A stretch of DNA of 55,887 nucleotides from a virus (Duplodnaviria > Caudoviricetes). The stretch is from the IMG/VR virus record IMGVR_UViG_3300032360_000008, positions 1 through 55,887 of that record. One strand, given 5' to 3'. The notes beneath the pieces were generated by a model. That model saw nothing but the letters and a program-made list of their open reading frames with translations. It ran no database searches and was not told where the DNA came from. Numbering within the stretch: position 1 is the stretch's first letter; every line of letters begins with the position of its first letter. A program made the translations under genes and the position numbers. Below are positions 1-7,715 of the stretch, one piece after another.

Positions 1-63
1 ATATAGGTGGGCGTAAAAAAAATTAAAAAAAATAATATATTTGTTTTTATATAAATCTATCTA

Positions 64-162
64 TTAGCCTGAAGGACAGGCACTCCAAGAGCAACTCATA
101 CAAGTGTGACAGCCACCGGAATTAACTACCATTCCGCCATCTTTACATTGTGGACATTCCAT
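64..162 (-). CDS. 32-aa Cys-rich microprotein resembling the C-terminal Zn-ribbon/Cys tail of class II ribonucleotide reductases
   Basis: Hand translation MECPQCKDGGMVVNSGGCHTCMSCSWSACPSG*. TATA-like element about 30 nt upstream on the - strand and a T-run downstream. Below the ORF-track length cutoff. Confidence 0.7.
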   Translation of the reverse strand: MECPQCKDGGMVVNSGGCHTCMSCSWSACPSG

Positions 163-244
163 AATATAATAATATCAAAATAACCCAATATAAGTTTTAC
201 ACAAGGACTTTGACAAAAATTAACTTTATAACCAATTCTTTTAA

Positions 245-345
245 ACTCTCAATAAGACCTTAAGAGAGTCAGAGGATTCATGCGTGTTGGAGGATATAAA
301 CTCTTTAACACAATTCCCCTCTTGGTTGAGATACATCAAGAGGGA
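245..345 (+). ncRNA. Candidate structured RNA (three tandem hairpins)
   Basis: Stems 245-250/264-269, 284-292/303-311 (2 G-U) and 317-326/335-344 (1 G-U). TTTATAA at 225-231. No ORF here. Confidence 0.35.
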
Positions 346-413
346 TATATAATATATGGAAAGGACTATATAGGGGGATATATTTTATATCATATAATAT
401 AAAAAATAGGATA

Positions 414-509
414 TTAACTAAAACATTCGTTAATACCACAGGTAGGACATTGTTTGCATAAATCGACTAGAGTGTCGCATTGAATACATGGTTCTGTCTC
501 CGCAGACAT
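414..509 (-). CDS. 31-aa zinc-finger microprotein
   Basis: MSAETEPCIQCDTLVDLCKQCPTCGINECFS*. TTTATATA begins 30 nt upstream (539-532, - strand). Confidence 0.7.
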   Translation of the reverse strand: MSAETEPCIQCDTLVDLCKQCPTCGINECFS

Positions 510-609
510 AATTAATATATAGTGCTTATCATATATAAATTTTCAGGTGTGTGTAAAATACGCCAATTCCTCCAAAACAGGCAGGATTAATCTTGTGGCT
601 CTCACGCCA

Positions 610-804
610 CTATATCAAACCTTCGTTATCTTCTTTACCTTCTTCACTTTGTTCCTTTTGCCATTCTATTTCAGACTTGTGCATTACTTCTAGTTTTCTT
701 CGTAATATTACATCTCCTTCACTCATTTTTTTACTCCCAAAATAATCACTCATAATACTTAGCATACGAGCCAAGTCCTTTGCACCAATTTCAACATACG
801 ACAT
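610..804 (-). CDS. Hypothetical protein
   Basis: 64-aa ORF with ATG start and an upstream TTTATATA. Same strand as its neighbours. Confidence 0.65.
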   Translation of the reverse strand: MSYVEIGAKDLARMLSIMSDYFGSKKMSEGDVILRRKLEVMHKSEIEWQKEQSEEGKEDNEGLI

Positions 805-841
805 ATTTTTGGTTTGAATTTATAGTATATAAACTAAATTG

Positions 842-1093
842 TCAATCTGACGACTGTTTCTTTTTTCTTGGTTTCTTTGCAATTTTTTTGATCTTTGCTA
901 ATGTTCCATTACTAGTAGGTATATCTATGCCTACATCTTCTAATTGGGGTGAGGCATTATACTCAGAAATTACCTGATTAAAGTCGCCTGACTCAATGAT
1001 TAGTTTAATTGAACGTGAGTCTAATGTTATATAAGGACATTGATCTAACAACCTTTGCAAACCATCTTCCAATATTGTATTTCTTGATCCCAT
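842..1093 (-). CDS. Hypothetical protein with basic C-terminus
   Basis: 83-aa ORF in the - strand gene run. Confidence 0.65.
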   Translation of the reverse strand: MGSRNTILEDGLQRLLDQCPYITLDSRSIKLIIESGDFNQVISEYNASPQLEDVGIDIPTSNGTLAKIKKIAKKPRKKKQSSD

Positions 1094-1100
1094 ATATAAA

Positions 1101-1277
1101 CTAAATAATAGTATTATTTAACTTTTTTTGTCTTTGATATAGTCTAGATTCATCTCTATGATTAGTAACCCTGCACTCGTCACAATATTTTCTGGTCATT
1201 TGACCTCGTAATGATTTGTTAAAATCACCATATTTAAACCCTTTTTTACACCTGATACAATATTTTTTTATTTTCAT
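1101..1277 (-). CDS. 58-aa zinc-finger protein (CxxC...CxxC)
   Basis: MKIKKYCIRCKKGF...RKYCDECRV...*. ATGA overlap with the upstream ORF. Confidence 0.7.
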   Translation of the reverse strand: MKIKKYCIRCKKGFKYGDFNKSLRGQMTRKYCDECRVTNHRDESRLYQRQKKLNNTII

Positions 1278-1429
1278 TTCTTTTTAGTTCCTATACAATT
1301 CCATCCCAATTTACAGTTGGCACATAACAAAACTATATCTAAAAAATATACATCTGGGTATGCCTCATCTTCTCTTTCAGAAGACTCACCATGTTCTGTG
1401 GGAGAACCACACGAAGGACAATAGTTCAT
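1274..1429 (-). CDS. 51-aa zinc-ribbon protein
   Basis: MNYCPSCGSPT...LLCANCKLGW...*. ATGA overlaps on both sides. Confidence 0.7.
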   Translation of the reverse strand: MNYCPSCGSPTEHGESSEREDEAYPDVYFLDIVLLCANCKLGWNCIGTKKK

Positions 1430-1512
1430 AATTCAATATCACAATCTTTGCATTTTAAATTTCCAAAGTGGTTATCTGCACTACACTTTGGACAGGTTAA
1501 TCGTTTAGTCAT
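1426..1512 (-). CDS. 28-aa zinc-ribbon microprotein
   Basis: MTKRLTCPKCSADNHFGNLKCKDCDIEL*. Stop overlaps the next ATG. Confidence 0.65.
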   Translation of the reverse strand: MTKRLTCPKCSADNHFGNLKCKDCDIEL

Positions 1513-1552
1513 ATTCTGATAAGTTTAAATATCTGCCTACATATTAATGTTT

Positions 1553-1690
1553 ATGGAAGAACTTAAAGATCCACACGAAGATCAATGGAACAGATTGTAT
1601 GAATTAAATATTAATCTATCTAAGTCAAAAGAGGATATTTATGATAGACGAGCAAGATCGATTAAATCACTCCTAGACAAGTATTGCTAA
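1553..1690 (+). CDS. 45-aa hypothetical protein
   Basis: MEELKDPHEDQWNRLYELN...KYC*. TTTAAATA 29 nt upstream. Confidence 0.6.
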   Translation: MEELKDPHEDQWNRLYELNINLSKSKEDIYDRRARSIKSLLDKYC

Positions 1691-1723
1691 ATTTAAATAC
1701 ATAGATACATTTATTAAGGTACA

Positions 1724-2002
1724 TTGATTTCAAATGACGAGTTTTACCGTAATATGACTGAACAAATTAATAATATATATCATAATATGAATAAATTACA
1801 TAATGAAACTATGAATGATATAGAATCTTTAAAAGAAGACGTAAATAAATTAAAATCTTCATATAATCAACATATTGCAGTTGGAGATGCACTTAAAGAA
1901 GCAAAAAATAAAAATAAAATATCACAAAAACAAAAAATTGCTATTATTTTTGGTATAGTTCCGATAATGATAACAATATATACATTATTTATAAGTCGTT
2001 AA
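1724..2002 (+). CDS. Coiled-coil protein with C-terminal transmembrane helix (possible lysis/membrane protein)
   Basis: Heptad-like N-terminus and hydrophobic C-terminus IAIIFGIVPIMITIYTLFI. TTTAAATA upstream, TTG start. Confidence 0.6.
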   Translation: MISNDEFYRNMTEQINNIYHNMNKLHNETMNDIESLKEDVNKLKSSYNQHIAVGDALKEAKNKNKISQKQKIAIIFGIVPIMITIYTLFISR

Positions 2003-2258
2003 TAATCCATCCACTCAAAGCCCAAAACAGTTGTTCTACAAACCATTCCTCTTGTTCAAAATTTGATATTAAACTTAACCCACATATAGATAATGCCTGA
2101 TGCACACTTTCTTCAACAGATGTACTTACTATATCTATCTCACTAATATGATGATGTAATGTTACCCATGTCTGTTTTGATTCTTCATAGCATACTCCTT
2201 TTTCATCAGAATCTTCCCGATTTATAAATCTAAAATTCTGCGGTTTCCATTTCCTCAT
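1989..2258 (-). CDS. Hypothetical protein (possible degenerate zincin-like motif EESVH)
   Basis: 89-aa ORF with upstream TTTAAAT. Confidence 0.55.
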   Translation of the reverse strand: MRKWKPQNFRFINREDSDEKGVCYEESKQTWVTLHHHISEIDIVSTSVEESVHQALSICGLSLISNFEQEEWFVEQLFWALSGWIINDL

Positions 2259-2302
2259 AAAACATAAAGGATTTACAATAATTTAAAGATTATAAAATAA
2301 CA

Positions 2303-2515
2303 TACTATGATCATGATCATACTATACTTATATACTATGAGCCTAAAAGTATGATCATATAAGCATACAAAGTATGATCATATACTCATATTTTAAAAAA
2401 TTTATAGAATCAAGTCCTATTTTCTTTCTTTTGATAGCAATTCGTCTAATATAAGTCTTATGTACATACTATGTTCTTTTTTTTGTAAAGTATGATCATG
2501 ATCATGATCATAGTA
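2303..2515. repeat. TGATCA hexamer cluster (4+3) within an imperfect inverted repeat; candidate pac site, origin or operator
   Basis: TGATCA at 2308, 2314, 2352, 2375, 2493, 2499 and 2505. 2303-2323 is the reverse complement of 2489-2515 minus one hexamer. AAAGTATGATCAT occurs 3 times. Confidence 0.85.
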
Positions 2516-2555
2516 GGGTTAAATGTTTATATCAAAGTTTATGTTATTGTTTTTA

Positions 2556-2909
2556 ATGGTAATTATAAACCCCAAAATTAAAAAACAGTTGAAAGATTTA
2601 GGTAAGATACCTTATAATAAAATTAAAAATCAATCCTGTGTAATTGTAGATATGCCAATAGGTCAAATGAAATCACATGATTTGGGTAGGGCATTATATG
2701 TTGTAACAAACGCATTTACTGAACTAACACATAAGCAACAAATTATAGTTAAGGTAATTAAACAATCTCAAGAAGATATTAAAAACGCTATTGAAGATGA
2801 TTCATTGACAAAAGAAGAATTAATAAATAAAATTAAGGAGATTGCTCTCGATCCTCATGTTGATGAAAAACGTTCTTTAGAAGACGATTCTTCTCAGGAA
2901 AAGGAATAG
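2556..2909 (+). CDS. Hypothetical protein
   Basis: Part of track ORF 2523..2909. Start moved to ATG 2556 because TTTATAT lies about 29 nt upstream. Confidence 0.65.
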   Translation: MVIINPKIKKQLKDLGKIPYNKIKNQSCVIVDMPIGQMKSHDLGRALYVVTNAFTELTHKQQIIVKVIKQSQEDIKNAIEDDSLTKEELINKIKEIALDPHVDEKRSLEDDSSQEKE

Positions 2910-3048
2910 TAACACCTTTCTTTGCTATATAATAAGTGCCTTTCATATTTCGTTTTCCATGATATTCCCCAATAGCAAAATTGTAATCACAATCAAATTT
3001 GTCTACAATTACACCATCAGATATTGTATAAACCGTAGCAGTTGCCAT
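2833..3048 (-). CDS. Hypothetical protein
   Basis: 71-aa ORF divergent from radA. Its 3' end overlaps the convergent ORF. Confidence 0.5.
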   Translation of the reverse strand: MATATVYTISDGVIVDKFDCDYNFAIGEYHGKRNMKGTYYIAKKGVTIPFPEKNRLLKNVFHQHEDREQSP

Positions 3049-3081
3049 AAAGTTATATAGTATTTCAAATATTAAAGGGTT

Positions 3082-4101
3082 GTGGATATTATAAAGTTAA
3101 AAGGTATAGGGGAGGTTCAGAGAAAAAAAATGGAAAAAAATGGTATCACAACAGTAGAGCAATTATTCGTTATTCCTCCACCTAAAGTTGCAGAAATGTT
3201 AGGAATGGATAATAACTCTGCTATGGAATTATTTAAAAAGGCTAGAGAAAAATATGATGATTCCCCCGTGTTTCAATCAGGTCTAGATGCTAAAAAAGAA
3301 GATGATTCATTGGAAAAAATTTCAACTGGAACAAAAGCATTGGACAAACTGTTTACAGGTGGAATAGAGTGTAGTGCAACAACTGAAATATATGGAGAGT
3401 TCGGGTGTGGTAAAACACAGTTCTGTCACACTATGGCAGTAAGAGTTCAACTACCAAGAGACAAAGGTGGGCTTGAGGGAAAATGTGTTTGGATAGATTC
3501 AGAAGGAACATTTGAGCCAACAAGAATAGAAAGTATTTCAGAATCTTTAGACTTGGATAGTGAGAAAACACTTGAAAATATAATTAGAGCAAAAGCATAT
3601 AATTCAGCAGATCAATATTTAATTTTACAGGAACTTGAAAGGTTATTAGTTGAAGACAAAGAAATAAAACTAATTGTAATCGATAGTGCAACAGGTTTAT
3701 TCAGACAGGACTTTAGCGGTAGAGCCATGCTATCTGAAAGACAAAAATATCTAGATGAGTTTTTGACTATGGCTTCCAATATGGCTAACTTTCACAATAT
3801 AGCAATTATATGGACTAACCAAGTAATGATTAATCCCGGAGTTTTCTACGGAGATCCTGTAACAGCAATCGGGGGAACTGTTCTTGCACACAAGTCCACA
3901 TACAGAGTATATTTCAAAAAATCAGGTGCATACCGTATGGGTAAAATGGTAGACAGTCCTAAACACGGTCAAATTGAAGTAATGTTTGGCTTAAGTGAGG
4001 CAGGTGTAGTTGATCAAGAGGTTGCAGAGGAACTAGAAAAGAAACGTAAGGCAGATAAGGCAAAAGCAAAGAAAGAAGCAACAAAAGAAACAGTTATATA
4101 A
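3082..4101 (+). CDS. radA: Archaeal-type RadA recombinase
   Basis: N-terminal HhH (LKGIG), Walker A GEFGCGKTQ, Walker B LIVIDS, FRQDFSGR..L.ERQ, TNQV, GG.VLAH.STYR, MVDSP. Confidence 0.95.
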   Translation: MDIIKLKGIGEVQRKKMEKNGITTVEQLFVIPPPKVAEMLGMDNNSAMELFKKAREKYDDSPVFQSGLDAKKEDDSLEKISTGTKALDKLFTGGIECSATTEIYGEFGCGKTQFCHTMAVRVQLPRDKGGLEGKCVWIDSEGTFEPTRIESISESLDLDSEKTLENIIRAKAYNSADQYLILQELERLLVEDKEIKLIVIDSATGLFRQDFSGRAMLSERQKYLDEFLTMASNMANFHNIAIIWTNQVMINPGVFYGDPVTAIGGTVLAHKSTYRVYFKKSGAYRMGKMVDSPKHGQIEVMFGLSEAGVVDQEVAEELEKKRKADKAKAKKEATKETVI

Positions 4102-4122
4102 GCAAAACTTGAGCATTTAAAT

Positions 4123-4233
4123 ATGAAATGTGAAGTTTGTAAAAAAGGCGACCTAATTCATACCGATTATGCCTATGATGGTGTAGATTTATTGGTATGT
4201 AGTAACGAAGAATGTGGCGAAGAATACGTTTAA
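4123..4233 (+). CDS. 36-aa zinc-ribbon microprotein
   Basis: MKCEVCKKGDLIHTDYAYDGVDLLVCSNEECGEEYV*. Fills the radA-portal gap. Confidence 0.65.
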   Translation: MKCEVCKKGDLIHTDYAYDGVDLLVCSNEECGEEYV

Positions 4234-4237
4234 AATC

Positions 4238-4245
4238 TTTAAATA
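4238..4245 (+). promoter_or_regulatory. Archaeal TATA box (TTTAAATA class), leaderless promoter
   Basis: The same octamer lies 29-32 nt before starts at 1553, 1724, 4269, 11805, 13634, 21834, 25212 and 43403. Confidence 0.75.
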
Positions 4246-4268
4246 GTATTGACACGCTTTGGTAGAAT

Positions 4269-6140
4269 ATGGGGTTCTTTGGCAAGATTAGGGATAATAT
4301 AGATCCAAGAAACTACCGTGTGGTAGAGAAAGATGACTATCAACGTGTTACTCAAGATCATTATGACATGAGAAAAGCCATAAATGATGAGTATTTACAC
4401 TCAAATTCTAGGGCTAGTACACCATATCCGTTCCTAGATACTCCTGATGGCAGTAAAATTCCAATGTGGCGTATGTCACCAAATAGAATGTATGAATTAG
4501 CAGATTATGTAGGTGATTTAAGGGCAGTAATTGAGACAATTCAAAGGGAGATGTTTAGAAATGGTTTGGAAGTAAAACCACGTTTTGAACACAAATGTCT
4601 TGTTTGTTTAAAGGAATATGAACAAAAACCACTAAAAGACTATGTTCCAATTAGTGATTTAGGCAATAAAGATAAAAAAGAAAAGTTACAATGTAGTGCT
4701 TGTGGTAACAATAATCCTCGTAAATGGTCAAAACCAGATCCAAAAAATAGACAGGTATTACAAACACTTTTGGATAAAAGAGTAAATAACAACCAGCAAT
4801 CTCTTAAAATTGTTGCAAGACAAGCTGAAAGAGATTTGGATATTATAGATGGTTGTTACATTTTAGTGTCAAGACAATGGAAATTAAAGACATTTGCAAA
4901 TCCTGATCCTGAAACAGGTGCAACAAAAAAGGCACTTTCTAGCATAACTGAAAGTAAAATAGATGAAATTATTAGAATACATCCTATACAATGCAGTATA
5001 ATCGCAAGTGATGAAGCAGTTTTGGGAGTCGGTGCTGATGGAAAACCACGATATATATGCCCACAATATGAACATAGAGATGCTGTATTAGAAGTTCCAG
5101 TATGTCCTAAATGTGGTTGTGAGTGTTTTAACGCATTTTTAGAAACAAACAGCGTTCCTTATGGTATTCCACTTAGTAGTCCTAAAAAGATGTATTATGC
5201 ACAAAAAGAAATTGTATGGATTCCGGGCAAATTTTACCCAGATGTATTATATGGTAACTCACCAATTCAATCAGTATGGAAAAAAGTTCTATCACTTATG
5301 TTCCAAGATGAATATATGTGGAAATACTTTGACAAAGACAGACCACCAAAATCATTACTTGTAATGGGAAGTAGAAATGCTGAATCCGTACAATCCTTCA
5401 TGGAAAAACAAAGACAAGGTGCTAGACAAGATCCATATATGCCTAGACCAATTCTTCTTAATACGGAAAACGTAGGTCAATCACTTCAGTATATAGACCT
5501 TACTCCAAACTTTAAAGAGTTAGAATTAAGTGATCTTAGAAAAGAATTAAGACAAATTATATCTACTGTATATGGTGTTCAACCTTTGTTCTATGGTGAA
5601 CAGGCTAAAGCAGGTTTGGGTAACGAGGCACTTCAAGTAACTCTTACAAACAGAACTATCAAGTGGTTTCAAAGATTTTTGAATGAAAATTTCTTTAATG
5701 AGATTACTGATATAATGGAAATATATGATTGGAAAATTGAATTGGTAACTAGTGAAGAAATTGACGAACTCAGAGAGGAACAGGTTAGAGGTCAAAAGAT
5801 TGATAACACAGTTAAATTATATGGAATGGGCTTTGATGTAGCATTTGACGGTGAGAACAATATACTCATTTCACAATTCCCAAACCCTGAAAAACAACAA
5901 GCCATGATGGGTGGAGGTGTAGGTCAAAACGAGGGAGCAGGAAATAATGATAAAACAAAATCATCTGCACCAAAAGCAGAAGGAGAAGCACAGAAATTTG
6001 ACGGAGAACCAAAGATTGCAAGACCAAGTGATAAAGGTGGAACTGGCGATGGTAGCCCTGCTAGTGGAACGGGAACAACATTGAGTAACAAAGGTATGAA
6101 TAAAAAACAATGGGATAAGTTCTTAAAATCTTTAGATTAA
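4269..6140 (+). CDS. Portal protein with zinc-ribbon insertions
   Basis: Portal-like motifs YG.SPI, YF.....P..LL and ISTVYGVQP. Size and position before the protease and capsid genes fit. Low-complexity C-terminal tail. Confidence 0.85.
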   Translation: MGFFGKIRDNIDPRNYRVVEKDDYQRVTQDHYDMRKAINDEYLHSNSRASTPYPFLDTPDGSKIPMWRMSPNRMYELADYVGDLRAVIETIQREMFRNGLEVKPRFEHKCLVCLKEYEQKPLKDYVPISDLGNKDKKEKLQCSACGNNNPRKWSKPDPKNRQVLQTLLDKRVNNNQQSLKIVARQAERDLDIIDGCYILVSRQWKLKTFANPDPETGATKKALSSITESKIDEIIRIHPIQCSIIASDEAVLGVGADGKPRYICPQYEHRDAVLEVPVCPKCGCECFNAFLETNSVPYGIPLSSPKKMYYAQKEIVWIPGKFYPDVLYGNSPIQSVWKKVLSLMFQDEYMWKYFDKDRPPKSLLVMGSRNAESVQSFMEKQRQGARQDPYMPRPILLNTENVGQSLQYIDLTPNFKELELSDLRKELRQIISTVYGVQPLFYGEQAKAGLGNEALQVTLTNRTIKWFQRFLNENFFNEITDIMEIYDWKIELVTSEEIDELREEQVRGQKIDNTVKLYGMGFDVAFDGENNILISQFPNPEKQQAMMGGGVGQNEGAGNNDKTKSSAPKAEGEAQKFDGEPKIARPSDKGGTGDGSPASGTGTTLSNKGMNKKQWDKFLKSLD

Positions 6141-6141
6141 A

Positions 6142-6291
6142 ATGCAATCTGATATTGAATTAACTGAATCTGTTATAAAATATATATCAAATATGCCCTA
6201 TGCAACTGCTTATGATATAGTAAAACACTTTGAAACTCTTGGTGTACCACCTGAGAAAGTCTTATATATTTTAAAGGAATTAAATAATTAA
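6142..6291 (+). CDS. 49-aa possible winged-HTH-like protein
   Basis: MQSDIELTESVIKYISNMPYATAYDIVKHFETLGVPPEKVLYILKELNN*. Tightly packed between its neighbours. Confidence 0.6.
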   Translation: MQSDIELTESVIKYISNMPYATAYDIVKHFETLGVPPEKVLYILKELNN

Positions 6292-6292
6292 A

Positions 6293-6832
6293 ATGGGAGA
6301 TTCAGATAAACGATTTGGTTGGACAGAAGATGGACTAGATGCAAAAGATAGAATCCAAAAAAATGATTTAAAAGAACGTGCAGGTAAAGAAAATCAACAC
6401 ACAAGAAATCTAAGACAAAGAGTTCAATCAGATGAACATACCAAAATTAATAATTATAGTGAGGGTTACTGTTATGGTTGTAGTAAAGTAGACAAAGTTA
6501 TATCTACTCTGATATATATGTGTGGGGAATGTATGGAAAAACGTGGAACAGAGGGGTTAATGTGTTTAGTTACAAAGAAACATAACTATGAATTATGTGA
6601 TATACACGCAGGATGGGAACTTGATGATGTGTGGCAGATCAACTGTTCAATGTGTGACTCTTGTATGAAAAGATTACATAAAGTTCACAATGCTTATAGA
6701 AAATCAGGCGGTAGAAAAAATTCTCCTGATGAAATTATGAAAAGAAAATATTATGCAAGAAATCCCGGAGAAGAAATTGGTAGTGGTATAACTAGAGATC
6801 AAACAAGTGATCAATCATTTAGATTGGGCTAA
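6293..6832 (+). CDS. Cys-rich zinc-binding protein
   Basis: CYGC, CGEC, CDIH and CSMCDSC motifs. Confidence 0.75.
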   Translation: MGDSDKRFGWTEDGLDAKDRIQKNDLKERAGKENQHTRNLRQRVQSDEHTKINNYSEGYCYGCSKVDKVISTLIYMCGECMEKRGTEGLMCLVTKKHNYELCDIHAGWELDDVWQINCSMCDSCMKRLHKVHNAYRKSGGRKNSPDEIMKRKYYARNPGEEIGSGITRDQTSDQSFRLG

Positions 6833-7381
6833 TTCTTTTTCTTTTTTGTCTATTTGTAATTCTAATTCTGCTATTTTTGACAGTTGTTCAGCAGTTGATG
6901 GCTCATCAAATCCTTCTTCCCAATGGAACTTAATCTTTTGTATGTTATAATCTATAATTAAATGTATTGTATTATCTCCAAAATCATAATACCATTCTCC
7001 CATTAATGACATTTTTTTTGCAGGTAGTTCTGATCCATAATATATACATTTTTTAGCAAATATGGGTTTAGACCACGGTAATATTGAATTTCTTACTTCA
7101 ACTCTTTTATCTTTTGGGTTGTAATAAAAATTAGTTCTTGATACATGATTTGGTTCTTTTGTGAATCTGGTGGTGTTTGTAGTGCCTACTCCGGGGTGTA
7201 TATGTACATATCGTTTTTGTAAATTAACATTATCTTGCATATATTCCATATCAGTATAGAACCAAAATGAACGATTTTCGGGTATATCTATTGATTTAAC
7301 CTCTAATCTACTATTAATTGATCCTGAAAAAGGGTTTCTTTTATTAAAAGTATATACATTATCATACACAAAAAAGTCCAC
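6815..7381 (-). CDS. Hypothetical protein
   Basis: 3' part of track ORF 6815..7678. GTG at 7381 is preferred as start because it avoids overlap with the + strand membrane gene. Confidence 0.65.
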   Translation of the reverse strand: MDFFVYDNVYTFNKRNPFSGSINSRLEVKSIDIPENRSFWFYTDMEYMQDNVNLQKRYVHIHPGVGTTNTTRFTKEPNHVSRTNFYYNPKDKRVEVRNSILPWSKPIFAKKCIYYGSELPAKKMSLMGEWYYDFGDNTIHLIIDYNIQKIKFHWEEGFDEPSTAEQLSKIAELELQIDKKEKELAQSK

Positions 7382-7430
7382 ATATATCTTAAACAACACC
7401 TTTATATAATCGTTTCTTTGCCATTTTATT

Positions 7431-7673
7431 ATGTCAATGTTTAAAAGACAAGATGTTGCAATCACAGTAGTTGCACTTTCATTGTTCTCAGCAATACTAT
7501 TTGTTGGGTGGGGAGCAGTAAAAGGACTATTATTTGATTCAACAGTACAAATGTCATCAGAACAATATGGAGCAATCTTTACCTTTGTATTTGGTATTTT
7601 GATTGGTTCAGCACTCACATACTTAGGTATTCGTGCAGGGCAAAACGGTTCTACGACCATATCACAGTCATAG
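7431..7673 (+). CDS. Small two-TM membrane protein (holin-like candidate)
   Basis: Two hydrophobic segments in 80 aa. TTTATATA 30 nt upstream. Confidence 0.65.
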   Translation: MSMFKRQDVAITVVALSLFSAILFVGWGAVKGLLFDSTVQMSSEQYGAIFTFVFGILIGSALTYLGIRAGQNGSTTISQS

Positions 7674-7715
7674 ACCAACCCAATTTTTATATACTATAAC
7701 TCATTTTTCATATAT

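Noticed and set aside
7382-7678. N-terminal 98 aa of track ORF 6815..7678
   Set aside because: It fully overlaps the + strand membrane gene, which has its own TATA box. GTG 7381 is the more plausible start.
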